Source: Flaccisagitta enflata
Lineage: Eukaryota
NCBI GenBank assembly: GCA_965153355.1
Contig: OZ231126.1
Coordinates: 33,542,001-33,606,000, forward strand
Length of the DNA stretch: 64,000 nucleotides
Direction of reading: 5' to 3'
A program made the translations under genes and the position numbers. This document shows, one piece after another, positions 13,335-28,290 of the stretch. Each line of letters begins with the position of its first letter. Positions within the stretch are counted from its first letter, which is position 1. The notes beneath the pieces are model-generated. The model saw nothing but the letters and a program-made list of their open reading frames with translations, searched no databases and had not been told where the DNA came from.

Positions 13335-13337
<3 letters not shown>
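11258..13337. mobile_element. Foldback-type non-autonomous DNA transposon with ~970-bp inverted arms
   Basis: 11284-~12255 is an imperfect reverse complement of ~12409-13337 (e.g. actccagggaagcgatatctgccaaac / gtttggcagatatcgcttccctggagt; gagacctccattttagctgaagttactcagg / cctgagtaacttcagctaaaatggaggtctc). Left end starts TA|CAGTACGAG; right tip is missing and abuts (CT)n. No transposase ORF. Confidence 0.9.
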
Positions 13338-13402
<65 letters not shown>

Positions 13403-13465
13403 CGGAACATCGACTGAGACTAGCTTTTATATCACAGGCATTTGAGACTAGCTTTTATATCACAG

Positions 13466-13630
13466 GCATTTGAGGCGAGCGACGATTGCTGTGAGATTCG
13501 TTTTTGCTTCGGCGGCGATGATTGCTGCGCTCACGGAACCTGCGGCTTCGGCGAAGGCGATTGTGACCACGATTACGACTGCGGCTACGGACTTTCCTGT
13601 GGAGTCAACAACTGCAGGTTCCATCATTGA
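13466..13630 (+). CDS. Exon-like fragment encoding a Cys-rich GEGDCD-type repeat (uncharacterised, probably extracellular); may be a pseudo-exon
   Basis: Translation AFEASDDCCEIRFCFGGDDCCAHGTCGFGEGDCDHDYDCGYGLSCGVNNC; GC-rich coding-like codons against an AT-rich background; preceded by acceptor-like ttttatatcacag (AG 13464-13465); weak possible donor AG|GTTCCA after 13617, otherwise stop at 13628-13630. Confidence 0.7.
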   Translation, partial: AFEASDDCCEIRFCFGGDDCCAHGTCGFGEGDCDHDYDCGYGLSCGVNNCRFHH

Positions 13631-13804
13631 ATCATAGAACATTCTCTTAAACCATTTACTTAACCTGTCACCACGGGGGTCCACGGCACATTTTTGTGGT
13701 AGTAGAGGGGAAACCAATCCGATCATAAGCCCTCGGGGCACTTTTCCTCGGGTTGATATATTTTTCTAGGGACAGGAACCCCAAATTCAGTCTTTTTTTT
13801 TAAA

Positions 13805-13917
13805 CAAGGCCAAGTAGGCCAATAAGGTGCGACGTGTGGATCGTCGAACGAATGCGTTACCCAACCGACCGACCGACAGACGGACACAGCTCAGTTATAG
13901 ATGCGCTTTGGTCGCAC
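13805..13917 (-). mobile_element. Short HINE-like element, family C
   Basis: caaggccaagtaggccaataaggtgcgacgtgtggatcgtcgaacgaatgcgttac + (CCGA)n + gtcgcac; same sequence at 25936, 36471, 50395. Confidence 0.8.
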
Positions 13918-14175
13918 GTTCTCTTCTGTAATTGGCAAGAGCCATAATTGAGCTTTGAGGAGATTCGTTAAAAAGAGACAAAGATAGCGACATACGTAAT
14001 AAAGGGGAGACAAAGATAGCGACAAAGAAATAACTACGAGGAAATCCCGAGCCTGCATAGAGCATTTCAAATCAAAATGCGACAACCAAAAATGATAATT
14101 TAAAGATTAAAATTGTTTCAGTTTCCTTCTAACATGCCTCCCACAACATTACCTACCTTTGCTTTTCTCATTTTT

Positions 14176-14797
14176 AGTTGCGGACACACAACTCTATAAG
14201 AGGCTTTGTCCGTCCATCTGTCCGTTGGTCCGTCCATCATGGTGATTGAGTTGAAAAGTGAGAAAACGAGCGTTTTCAATAACCGTAGCTCTGTAACTAG
14301 AGCAGCTAGAAAGTTTTGGTTTGTTTCAGTGTGTAGATCTTTGTTTGTAAAGCCTATATTGTTTAGCAGCAGGTCATGAAATATTCCTTTCCCGAGCATA
14401 AACAGCGGTATTTAATAGGGAAATTGCTCTTCTCTCAGAATTTTTGCAGAAAGTTAACATTGGGAAAATCATTCATTTTGTTTCACTCGGTTGTTTTTGA
14501 TAAGAAATAAAAAAATCTTACACAAAAATGACAGGTACGTCAAGCTCCATTTAATGATACCAAGTCTATTTTCCTGTCTGCTCTACATCGTTGGTAGGCA
14601 ATCAAAATTAATTGAACGTTTTTTCACGAAGACCTGGTACTTTTTATGTATGAAAGTTGAAATAACGTTGCCCTTACAAAAAAGAAAGCCAGAATTCTCC
14701 ATTTTACGTTTGAGTGTTGGGATGGGTTGGGGTGTGGATGGTGATTGGATGCCCCTGCCCACCCGTCCAAAACGATATTGTGACCCCGCGTCACTTG
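14176..14797 (+). mobile_element. Degenerate HINE-like element (family A-related; possibly composite)
   Basis: tttttagttgcggacacaactctataagagg + (GTCC)n-like start; ends cccctgcccacccgtcc...cacttg-ttt. Confidence 0.5.
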
Positions 14798-15050
14798 TTT
14801 GGTTGCTCCTCTCCTCACTAGTCACTAATGGGGACTGACCAACGAACAGATGGACAAAGCCGTTTGAAGGAAGTATTATCGTAGTGACGACATTCGAAAC
14901 TTCGTTCATAAATAATTAACGAAGTGACGACGTCGTCATAACGTTAATTCTTGAGCAACAGGCGCTCACTCATTGTCTAAACTGTGTGCATTGAAATGTT
15001 TTGTACATGGTCATTTAGTTTACCTTTTTTAATAAGAATACAAAATATTT

Positions 15051-15185
<135 letters not shown>

Positions 15186-15249
15186 CTCTCAATCTCTATC
15201 TCTCAGTCTCTCCCTCAATTTCAATCTCCTCTGTCTATTTTAGGTTGAT

Positions 15250-15506
15250 AACAGAATTCAAAAAAGAATGGAAGAAATAAATCAGTTTAACATGGTTTAA
15301 ATGATCAAAAATGTCTTAAAATGACATAATGACCTGATGAACAAAAATGACTTAGAATGACTTTAAATGACTTACAATGCCTTAAGATTACTTAAAATGA
15401 CTAAAAAAAACAAAAGTGATGAAAAAAGTTAAGTGTGATCGACTGACCGACCGACCAATAAATCAATAGACGGACAAAGCGGGTTGTAGAATGGCATGCT
15501 GGTGAC
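15250..15506 (-). mobile_element. Degenerate family A HINE fragment
   Basis: (AAATGACTT)-type repeats, CCGA microsatellite and cggacaaagcgggttgtaga, as in 60394-60564. Confidence 0.55.
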
Positions 15507-16290
15507 AAAAAATCTAATCAAGATTAAACAAATAAATAATATAACTTCTGTTTGTGTCTCATCTGATGTTGTTTTTTCATTTATTCAGTTCTTTTTTTCT
15601 ACAACAATCATTGTAACTAAAAACTAGTTGTAAGCCACAATTTGCTTTAGGCAATCATTTTCATCAAAGATGATAAAGAAAAACTAGTTAGAGTACCTTG
15701 TTGAAATAAAGTATCGTGTTTAGATATACTATTTTTGATGAGGAGAAATGTTAGATAGATGAATGAATGAATAGAATGAATGAATGCATGAACAAATGAA
15801 TGAATGCATGAAAGAATAAATGAATAAAAAAAAAAGGAAAGAAAGAAAGAAAAAAATAAACACATCAATTAATAAATAGATTAAACTGTAACAGTGTCAT
15901 TCTTGTATTGGAATGATATAGTTTTGACATTTATATTATTTGAACCCAATTATAAAACATTCCGTAACTGTATGTAGCATAGAAATTTCTTGGTAAGAGA
16001 GAGAAAGAGAGAGAGAAAGAGAGAAGAAGAAAGAGAGAGAAAGAGACAGACAGAGAGAAAGAGTCAGAGAGATACAGAGACAGAGAGCGGCAATTTATTC
16101 TTGATTCAGAATATGAAGTTGGGGATAATTCACGCGTTATTGGCGTCGCTCTTTCTTGTCGTTCAACAGCGGCGGCCTCATGTACACCAGCTGTGTCGTA
16201 ACTACGTGGTTGCCCCGTTTGAAGTTGCGTACGCGACTAGAAAAGAAACTTGTCAGCAGTGAGAAAGCTCTATTATTTACACAGACACAG

Positions 16291-16389
<99 letters not shown>

Positions 16390-16411
16390 CAGAGAGACAG
16401 AGAGAAAACAA

Positions 16412-16421
16412 NNNNNNNNNN
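16412..16421. other. Assembly gap (10 N)
   Basis: Run of N; coincides with the start of the left arm of the large inverted duplication. Confidence 0.99.
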
Positions 16422-16720
16422 TTTGCTTTACTGCTCCTGCCCAATTGCTTGGAAAGCCTGTTCATTGCCACTGCCCACACGCATGCGACTTCGGTAGCCA
16501 TGTATACATCCTTGTTCCCTCCCTAAGCTGCGCGCGTTTATTCAGTTTCTACCTTGTTTGAGTGTATTCCTTGGGAGGCATATTGTGTAGAACTTCATAT
16601 ACTCATTATTTTGTTTCAATGATGAGTTACTTGACTTTTTACCATTACTAACGGCTTTATGCAACGCTTATTGCTTCTTTATCTGTCCTTAGACTGGTCT
16701 TTTTGCCCCAGTCTCTTTCA

Positions 16721-16823
<103 letters not shown>

Positions 16824-16833
16824 ATATATGCAT

Positions 16834-16925
<92 letters not shown>

Positions 16926-16961
16926 ATATATATACTCTCTGTTTGGACCATTTTAGTTATA

Positions 16962-17533
16962 GATGTCCTGTAGGACACTGGGGTGAATTTCCAGACGTCC
17001 GTCCGTCCGTCCTTCCATCCGTCCATCCATCCGTCCGTCCGTCCGTCCGTACTTACGTCCGTCTGTCCGTCCCCCCCACCAAAGCCTCTGAGCCTCATAC
17101 TTCCATTAAATAACATGGAAAATTTAAGAAATGCAAAATTCCTATTGAATAACATGGAAAATTAATAAAGAAATGAAAAAAATATGAAATTCCCATTGAA
17201 TAACATTGAAAATTTAATAGAAGTTAAAATCATGGGAAATACCTATTGAATAAAATGGGAAGTTGACAATCTCTTGACAGAGCTACAAAATTGAGATTGA
17301 ATAACATGGAAAATTGACAATGAAATGGAAAAATTCAAAATGTATTCTGTGGACAATAGAAAGTAATCAAAAGAGCCTCAAATGTGCCTTTCAGGATGTC
17401 TGGAAATTCACCCCTATGTTCTACAGGACATCGGCTTTTTGGGGCCGCTGCCCTGCTCTCACTCCACTTTTGCAGCTAATCACTCCAAGCAGGGCATCGG
17501 GTACCGCTGACCATGTGCGATCCTTGGATGACT
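16962..17533 (+). mobile_element. Family B HINE with damaged 5' subterminal repeat
   Basis: gatgtcctgtaggacac + (GTCC)n + AT-rich repeats (ccattgaataacatggaaaatt) + ggggccgctgccc + gggtaccgctgaccat tail; counterpart at 45503-46073. Confidence 0.8.
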
Positions 17534-17595
17534 AGTTCTCTCTCTCTTTCTCTCTTTCTCTTTCTCTTTCTCTTTCTCTCACTTTCTCTCTTTCT

Positions 17596-17745
<150 letters not shown>

Positions 17746-18246
17746 TGCATTTCCTCGTGTATTATCGGTTAGCTCTCGGCGGAACTTTAAGAAGGCGATG
17801 AGCACCTTCAAATTTGGAACATAAACTTTATTTGGAACTTTAACCCTACCGCTGTACAAAGATCGCCGCCCCGCATCTTTATTCCTCTTTTGCCCCATTT
17901 TGGAGGTTTTGGATTAAAACGTCCGTTTTTTGGGGAAAACCATTTTTGGCCGAAACCGTTTCAGCGTGTCCGCCTCTACGGATTTTTGGCGTTTATGGTG
18001 CAGATGTGGACCACAGATACTTGATCATTGTTGACCTCTCAACTCACTCACTAACTCACTCACTCTCATTGTCACTCGTGCACTCGTGCACTCGTGCACT
18101 CGTGCACTATCCTTTTTGTATGTTTGGTTTTCTCTGTCTCCATCTGTCTGTATTTCTGTCTCAGAGTGCCTGTCTCGATCTGTCTTAAACTTTTTCATTG
18201 TATTTGACTGTCCTTCAGTCTGTGTTTATCTTTGTCTGCTTGTCTT

Positions 18247-18299
<53 letters not shown>

Positions 18300-18521
18300 A
18301 TGTCTGTGTCTCTTTCTCTCTCTCTCTCTCTTCCCATATCATCTTCGTTACCTTACCTTTTTTTTTTCTTCCGTCTGACCTCGTTTCATTTTTGCGTCGT
18401 TCCACCCTCTTCTTCCTCTGGGACTTCCCCTTCTTTTCTCTTCCCTAGGGCCTCTCTAGCTCATATTCGCTTTTATCCCCGCGCTTTTCTTTATCTTCCT
18501 TCCTCTCCGTCTCTGTCTCTG

Positions 18522-18614
<93 letters not shown>

Positions 18615-18799
18615 CTCTCATTCTTCAATTTTTGGTCCACCCATTTCTTTTTCCATCCTTTCCTCAATCCATCACGTGACTTCCGTCCCAATATCCTCAT
18701 AAAAACTCGTGCCGACTCATCTTCTTTTCAAAATCTCTGTCTGTCTTTCTGGTTCTCTGTCTTTCTTTTTCTCTGTCCCACAGTTTCTCTGTCTCACAG

Positions 18800-18868
<69 letters not shown>

Positions 18869-18913
18869 CACACACACACTTCTGCTTACTCTCTCTTCCT
18901 CTTTGTCTCTCTT

Positions 18914-18998
<85 letters not shown>

Positions 18999-19042
18999 TA
19001 CATAATCACACACAGACACACACACTTACTCTCTTTTCCTCT

Positions 19043-19138
<96 letters not shown>

Positions 19139-19330
19139 TCTCTCTCACACACACACACACACACACTCACGCACTTCCGCTCACTCTCTCTTCCTCCTCA
19201 TATCTCTGTCTCTCTCTATCTCTGTCTCTATCTCTATCTCCCTCTTCTTCATCTAATCACCGCCCGGCCTTCTTTTATGATATAAACCTCGCCCCTCGTT
19301 TGTGGTTCTCTTTCACTCTCTATCATTCTC

Positions 19331-19429
<99 letters not shown>

Positions 19430-20390
19430 GATGTTTCACAAACGCTTCTGGCTGACAGTTAGTCTCGCGTAGCCGCGGGTCCTTTTTTGAGACTGTACAT
19501 TTCTAAATGAACTCAATCTCTCTCCATTGACTCATAGTGGGTCGGACCTGCCAGAGTCTTTACCACCTCCACCGACGTGAAATTAAGGTAGGCGCTTGTG
19601 TAATCATAGAATATTAAAACATCGGGCTCCTAATTACTGATTCAAGTAATCGCTCGCCCAAAAGGAAACAGAAGGCGAATAAAGTTATTACGCTTTCTCA
19701 CAGGTGGAAATCGTGGAATATACTTAAGATTTCTGACAAAAAAAAAGAAATCAAAGGAGGGCCGAGAGTGAGATTACTTATTGAGAAAAAGAGAAAAGAG
19801 AGAGAGGCGAAGAAAACAGACAGATATAGACAGATAAAATAGGAGTGAGATAAAGAAATAAAACGAACGATAGGGAAGGAAATTAATTATGCACGAAGTA
19901 TTCCACGAAGCAGAAACCTCTGGGTATTTTCTTTTTTCTTTCTTTTTTCTTTCTTTGATTCCTTTTCCATAACCATCCCTTAATTCTTTTTCTTGTGGCT
20001 GCGCTGCCTACAAAAGACAAAACGAAAAGAAAAGATAGAGATGAATCAGGGATGGATTAAAAGGAGGAAAAAGAAGAAGTGGAAAACCCAAAAATCAAAG
20101 AAAAATCAAATAAGAGGGGAAAAAAGATGATACCGCGTAAATGGAGATAAGGAAAGGAGAAAAAAGGCGGTTCAAGGAGAGAAAGGAAAATATGCAAATG
20201 GAGGAAACATTGGCTTAATTTGTCGTTTTTTTTGTCGTTTTCTTTTTTTTTCCATTTCTTCTCCTTTCGTCTTTTTCATTTGATAGTTAATCTCGTATTT
20301 CAATATCGAGGGTAAGAACTAAGGAGCATGAGAAACCGGGGTTCAAGTAGATGCCATTCATCATATCATCCTCTCAATCCATTAAACACG

Positions 20391-20445
<55 letters not shown>

Positions 20446-20773
20446 GATTTGTCAATGTGTTTATGGGTGTGAAGCTGATGATGATGATTCATGTACTCGT
20501 TACATTTCTAGTCTGACGTGTCCTTGGTGTGTGTAAGAACAAGAAAAAAAGAAAAGAAATGAACTCGACCGCAAAAATTACACGATGATCAAGTACTGAG
20601 ATTATTGTGAAAGCGACTAAGCGAGAAAGAATTATAAAATGGAAAATGAATCCAAACCACAAACTTGTCCCTTTGGCCGTGTGAGAACCGGAAATACATG
20701 ATTATGTCTGTCTTTCTTTCTCTTGTTGCTAAGTGTGTCTGTCTGTCTCTGTCTCTGTGTCTGTCTGTCTCTG

Positions 20774-20853
<80 letters not shown>

Positions 20854-20966
20854 GTCCATCCAGAAAGTTCTAGTGTATTTTAGGTGCCGGATGTAACCGG
20901 CTAAAAGTCTGGGATCAGGTCACGAGGGTTTTTTTCGATCGTTAAAAAAAGATCTCCTCTGTCTCT

Positions 20967-21026
<60 letters not shown>

Positions 21027-21423
21027 GCTCCTTCGAATATCAGAGACTGAACCCGCCAGCGCAGCCCAGCGGCCGCCGCCCTCACCGCCTCTGCCCCCGC
21101 CTTACAAATTCCCTCCCACACAAAGTGAAAAAGATAGAATGAAAACCGAACGAAAAGAAAATAAGAAATAGAGACAGGCAAAGATGAAAGTGACAGAGAA
21201 AAACAATATTGTACCATAAAAGCGGGAAGGAAAGAAAGAAAGAAATAAAGAAAGAAAGAAAGAAAGAGAGAAAGAAAGGAAGAAAGACAGAAAGAAACAA
21301 AGAAACAAACAAAGAAAGAAACGAACAAAGAAAGAAAGAAACAAAGAAAGAAAGAATGAAAGAAAGAAACAAAGAAACAAAGAATGAAAGAAAGAAACAA
21401 AGAAAGAAACCAAGAAAGAAACC

Positions 21424-21499
<76 letters not shown>

Positions 21500-21522
21500 A
21501 GAGAGAAAGAAAGAAAGAAGAG

Positions 21523-21576
<54 letters not shown>

Positions 21577-21577
<1 letters not shown>

Positions 21578-21942
21578 CACTTGAGGCCTATTGAGAACTA
21601 CTGGGCTGCTCTGAAGCAAACAGTGTATACAGGGGGTTACTATAATAAGTCACTCGATGCTTTGCAGCAACAAATCTATGCCAAAATTTGCCAAATCGGC
21701 CAACAGTTCATCATCGATATTTTCCGCCCGATCAACAACAGTATTGCTAGATCTGCGGCAGATTGTCCATACTCGACCTTAAAATGATTTAATATTTTTT
21801 ACTTCATTGCTGCTTTTTGGCTCTTACATATTTATATTTACAATATCCTTGCATTCAAGCCATATTTTGCACAGATTTGATCTAATTTGAACAGTTATCA
21901 AATGTTTCATTGGACTTGTGCCAAATTTCCTGCTCAGGGTGT
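21577..21942 (+). mobile_element. Truncated Tc1/mariner (IS630-Tc1-mariner) remnant with one TIR
   Basis: LRPIENYWAALKQTVY resembles the (D/Q)L(N/R)PIE-x-x-W-x-x-LK motif carrying the last catalytic residue of DDE transposases; ends ttgtgccaaatttcctgctcagggtgt|TA. Confidence 0.8.
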
Positions 21943-23264
21943 TACAAGGAGAACGGGAATTTGAGCTTTCGAACGACCGTTTATGAGGGCAGGTCCTGAG
22001 TGTTAAATGGCGAAAAAATATGTGTTCCTTAATTCGTTTTTGACGCCCAAGAAAAATGACAAATCCTCGTGTCAAGTCAAAGAAATTCCTCAAAGACACA
22101 CACAAAGAAAAAAAATCTTCTTTCTCATAAATCTTTAGATTCAGGGAAAAAATCGGGCTATAAATGTGGGCGTGGAAAAGTTGGAAACACGTTTTTGTAT
22201 GAGGGCCAAAACTGGGGTCGAATGAAAACATCAATTGTACCATTTTGGCATTTGTTCTGATATTCATGGGAATGAAAGTGCACTTGTAAGAGAAAGAAAA
22301 CGGGTAAAAATACCGTTTTAACTTTAAACAAAACAATCGCGGCTGAGCTGCGTTCGTCTTTTTGATACTTGATGAGAGTTTTATCCTTCAAAAAAAAAAA
22401 AACAAAAAAAAAAAAACCCGTATTTTGATTTTTAATAGGACTGAAAATAATGCAGTGGATTTGGATTTGACTTCGTTAAGGCATTGACACCCTCTTGAGC
22501 GTCGTCAGTGCACGATTCTCCCTAATGGTGATTCTCGGGTCAAAACACTGAAGTTTGGCACGGCCCGATTCACACTTAAATCCTACGATTTGCGTCCCAT
22601 TTTTTAAAAAAGAGAAGAAAAAAACGAAATTAAGCCACGTGTTATTTTCGCCGGTTTTTACTTCCTGAACCACAAGAGTTGATGAGCTGAGAAAGATATT
22701 GATTACGTAAAATAAGAAAAAAAGAGGAGAGAGAGAGAATATTTCATAGGAACGATTTACGGTTTGTTTAGACGTCTACGTTCCTCAGAACGGTTCACTC
22801 CCCCTCCTAAATAAATTTGCTCCCTCCAATGCACTTGTTAAAGTTGCTTTTTTTTTTCAACAATTAAAAAGAAATATCACTCTGGGGAGGAAGAGGAGAG
22901 GATAGTGAAGGGAGAGAAGGAGAGGTAGATGGTGGTGGTGGTGGTGGTGGTGGTGGTGGTGGTGGGGGTGGTGGTGGGGTGGTGGTGGTGGTGGTGGTGG
23001 TGGTGGTGGTGGAAGAACAGTCAGGCAATAAGGATGAATATTATGAGGAGGAAGAGGAGCAGGAGGAGGAGAAGGAGGAATAAAGTGAGGGCCGAGGAGG
23101 AAGAGGCGCGATTGATGAAATCGCGGGTGTACTAGTTACAGATAAGCGCGATTTTGGAGTTTGATAAGCCGGTTAAAAGCTTGAAAATTATAAATGAAGT
23201 GATGATTATGAAAGGATTATTTTCAAAAAAAGTGATACAGATAACAAGACCAAAATGAGAGAGG

Positions 23265-23362
<98 letters not shown>

Positions 23363-24180
23363 GATTTGCCAATTACTCTTTTGTGTGATCCATAGTAAGA
23401 AATAAGGAAAGAGAAAAAAAAATGATCTTTTGATATTGCTTCTTATTGAGAAGGGTGGGTGAGAAAATGGCTAAAACAAGAAAAGCAAACAATAAAAAAA
23501 AAAAAAATAAAAAAAAATAAAGAAAAAAAAATGAAAAAAGTAAAAAGGTTCAACAATCTCAGGATTGATTGCAGAGGGTGATTACGGTGGATGACGACTG
23601 AACTCTGAAGAGAGTAGTCAATAGTGACGTTTAATGAACAAGACGCTCATAACAAAACACGAAGAAAAAGACGGAATGTAAAAAGACTGATGAAAAGAAT
23701 AAAGAGAATAAAGAGAATAAAGAGAATATAGAGAAGATAAATAGTTGCGACTAGACAAAGAAAAAGACCGAATAAATGGGTATTGGGTAGGGTTGTGGCC
23801 TATGACCTATGGGTGGTGAAGAACGCGAAAAATAACGAGGAAATTGTCATAATAAGGACAAATTGGTAGTATGTTATGTAAAGGATGATTTCGCGTTTGG
23901 AGTAGACATGGACAATTGTCGACAATTTGGGATGCAAAAAAATGGAAGTGATGAAATCATAAAGCAAACAAGCCCTGAACACAGGGGTTTGTCGAGCGGA
24001 GAACCGGGGAGAATAAGGGGGTGCAATGCAAGGCAGATCAGAGAATCACATAATTAGTTAAGACTTTGATTTAAGGGGGACGGGGTTTATGATGATTTGT
24101 TTTGATTTGGCCGGAGAAATAGAGGTTCACACGGTCTTCAGACGAACACAAACTTAAAGGCTCATTTCGCTTGTGCAAAA

Positions 24181-24281
<101 letters not shown>

Positions 24282-24553
24282 AAACCGTGAGAGTCAAAAA
24301 GAAGCACAGGAGGATATGTTTTGAGCAACAATATCTGAGGAATGGTTGCCAAGGACCAAAACAGCAAGAATTTCTACGAACAAAACTTTGACAATCTTCG
24401 TTATTGAGTATTGACGTAATCATCGCGTCAGCCACAACATTCCTTAACAACCCCCCCCCCCCCGGGGGGGATGAACGGACCTGCTCTATTGAGCACAAGA
24501 AAAAACACAAAGGAATGCCCAGCTTCAGTTGAACATACATCTACAATCCCCCC

Positions 24554-24628
<75 letters not shown>

Positions 24629-24971
24629 CTCTTTTTGAAACTAGGTGAAAGGTGAAAACGGATTGGAACCCTACTCTAGGGTAAACAAAGGGTTAACGTA
24701 TTAAAAGTTTTCAACCCCCTAAGAAGAGGAGGAAGAAGAAGAAGAAGAACAAGATGAAGAAAAAAAAGGAAGAAAATCGAGCAAGGATCAAACAAAAGCA
24801 AAAGAATTCCGCGAAAAATACTCGAAATATCCAAGGCCAACTCATTCTTGAAGGAAACATTTCTTAATCGAGAGAAAGACGACAAGCAAAAAAAAATTAA
24901 GAAAAAAAAAGGGGATAGAAACTAAGACAGAAACTTAAAAAGGACGATGGAAAGAAAGAAAGAAAGAAAGT

Positions 24972-25156
<185 letters not shown>

Positions 25157-25463
25157 ATGAATGAAAGGAAGAATGAATTAAAAAAAATATGATGAGAGAA
25201 GAAAAAAAAAAGAAAGAAAGCGGAAAAGTAAAGTGACTAACTACCCGACAAACAGACAGATAGAAATCATCACTAAATAGATATTAAAACAGAAAAATCC
25301 CAAGTACGAACGTGTTTACGTCACGCAGGAATTTTTATTTAACAACATGTTTGACGTCAGCATCTTTCCTTGTTGATCTGATTATCTTATAAAGGTCAGT
25401 CACGCAGTTTGGGGGAAAAACCAAATTGGTTCCATGACGACAACAACAACAACCACTATACTG

Positions 25464-25502
<39 letters not shown>

Positions 25503-25935
25503 AACAAAGTTTATGATGAACGACGACGATGATGATGGAGACCACGTCAACGGTAAGTGTCACGTCTAATTACAATACTTGTAAAACAACCGTTTAAGAA
25601 ATTGTATCCTTCCATCAAAGCGAAGACTGAGCTGACGTCATTAATGAGCTGAATATACTAATTGATTATTATGATCGAATCACCAGGTTCATGCGATATC
25701 AGGATGCGTGCAACTGCATTGATCGTAATTATAATTCCCTCATACACCGCTGATAGATTTGGAAAGATGCCTTGAAATGTTTATTCCTTCTATGATTTGA
25801 ATGGTTATGAGTAAAGGAGTGGCTCTGACCCAACTCCGTATTTTTGCCGACTTGGTTTCAAAGTTATACCTACGATTGCGCAATAATAAGAAAAACTGAT
25901 TTTTCTCAATCTTTTCTTCCTCTTTCAGATATGAA

Positions 25936-26072
25936 CAAGGCCAAGTAGGCCAATAAGGTGCGACGTGTGGATCGTCGAACGAATGCGTTACCCGACCGAC
26001 AGACCAACCAACCGACTGACCGACCAACCGACCGACCAACACAGCCAGTTATAGAGGTGCTCTGTCGCACCT
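25936..26072 (-). mobile_element. Family C HINE
   Basis: IR aggtgcgac/gtcgcacct, CCGA microsatellite, terminal ggccaagtaggcc hairpin, A-run flank. Confidence 0.85.
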
Positions 26073-26228
26073 AAAAATATTCTATATTGATAAACTGAAA
26101 CCAACTTGTCGAGTAAAGAGAGGCCTGGTTCATGACATTGGTTAGTTGTGCCACGTTATCAAAGTAAAATTGCTCTATGATAGTCATCATTAATAAATTA
26201 TAACGAAGGTTGACAATCACACACACAC

Positions 26229-26321
<93 letters not shown>

Positions 26322-26607
26322 AAGTGATTGCGGTAAATGAAATACTTAGTTGAATGGCGGTACATAATGGTGTCGGATGATGAAGACAAGATTGCTTGAT
26401 ATAATCTCATCGATTCATCTTTCTCCAAAGCCAAAAGGGGAATCGTCGTCGTTGAGTTGAGATGCGACGATCATTTTTTTAGCCGTCGGCTGCTCTTTTT
26501 TTTTTCCTTCATAATTTTTTGTCATTTTTTTTCGTTTATTTTCTCTTTCATTTTTTGTGTCATCATTCTTTTAAGTGAATGAGAGAGAAAGAATGTAAGA
26601 AATGACT

Positions 26608-26774
<167 letters not shown>

Positions 26775-26775
26775 G

Positions 26776-26826
<51 letters not shown>

Positions 26827-26980
26827 AAAAAAGAAAGAAAGAACAGACAAGGAGACATTGACAAACAGAAAGACAGACAATGACAGACAGAAAGGAGACG
26901 GCGCAGAAAGGAATTTGAAAGACACAAACCAGACCAAAAAGAGAGGGAGCGGAATGAGGCGGTCACTTGTCATTTGGTCT

Positions 26981-27106
<126 letters not shown>

Positions 27107-27237
27107 AGGGCGTGAATTTTCGCAACGTGGTCGGTTGGCGTAGCTCGTTTGGGCAGATGATGTAATCTTTGCCCTTTTACGGCGTCAGAGGGTGCGCCAA
27201 TGTGGCCCGTGTGGATTTCAATCCGTTGAATAACACA

Positions 27238-27362
<125 letters not shown>

Positions 27363-28062
27363 GAATGATCGAGAGACAGAGAGACAGAGAGACAGACACA
27401 CATGTACACACAAAGTAAGACAGAGACAGACAGCGACAGTCCGATACAGAGGGACAGAAACAAAGACAAAATCAAAATCTTACAAACAAAGGCAGACAAC
27501 CAGAAACCAGACAACCAGAAAAATAGAGACAGAAACAGAGAGACAATTATGTTTATAAAGATAGAATAAGATGAAACACGAACAAGACTGATGACTATTT
27601 CGAAAAATTGAGCAACAACCAATATCATCACAGACTATTCAACGGGTAGTTGAAGATGACTAACGGTCGACCACGATGATGATGATGATGATGCCAACAG
27701 TGCGATGACGTTGATGACAAAAGACGAAGAGAGAAAAATTGTGGCGTCATCGATTCTTTGTGTCTCTTTTGCTCCTTTTTTTACGTTTGTGGTGTCCTTC
27801 CTCTTTACTTAGCCGTCGTTTTGGTGCGTTCCTTCTTTTTCTTTTTTTCTATCGTGACGGCCGAAGTGCGCCTCCCATTCTCTTTGGAATTTTGCAGGCC
27901 AGTATGACATTGAGAGATGTTTTGGCAACACCCTTTTGGCAGCACACTGGTTCACAAAATCCCAAAATTGGTCAGGGAGAAAATGACCGCGCGATTATCT
28001 GAGAGAGTGGATATGTGTGGATGACAGAGAGAAGGGGAGAGAGAGAAGGGGAGAGAGAGAGG

Positions 28063-28186
<124 letters not shown>

Positions 28187-28187
28187 A

Positions 28188-28290
<103 letters not shown>

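Noticed and set aside
21824-22336. 170-aa ORF conserved in both arms (also 40213-40725)
   Set aside because: Conservation is explained by the duplication; it runs across a transposon TIR, has a non-ATG start and no recognisable motif.
27130-27235. tRNA or tRNA-derived SINE (tagctcgtttgg A-box-like)
   Set aside because: No convincing B box or cloverleaf could be built.
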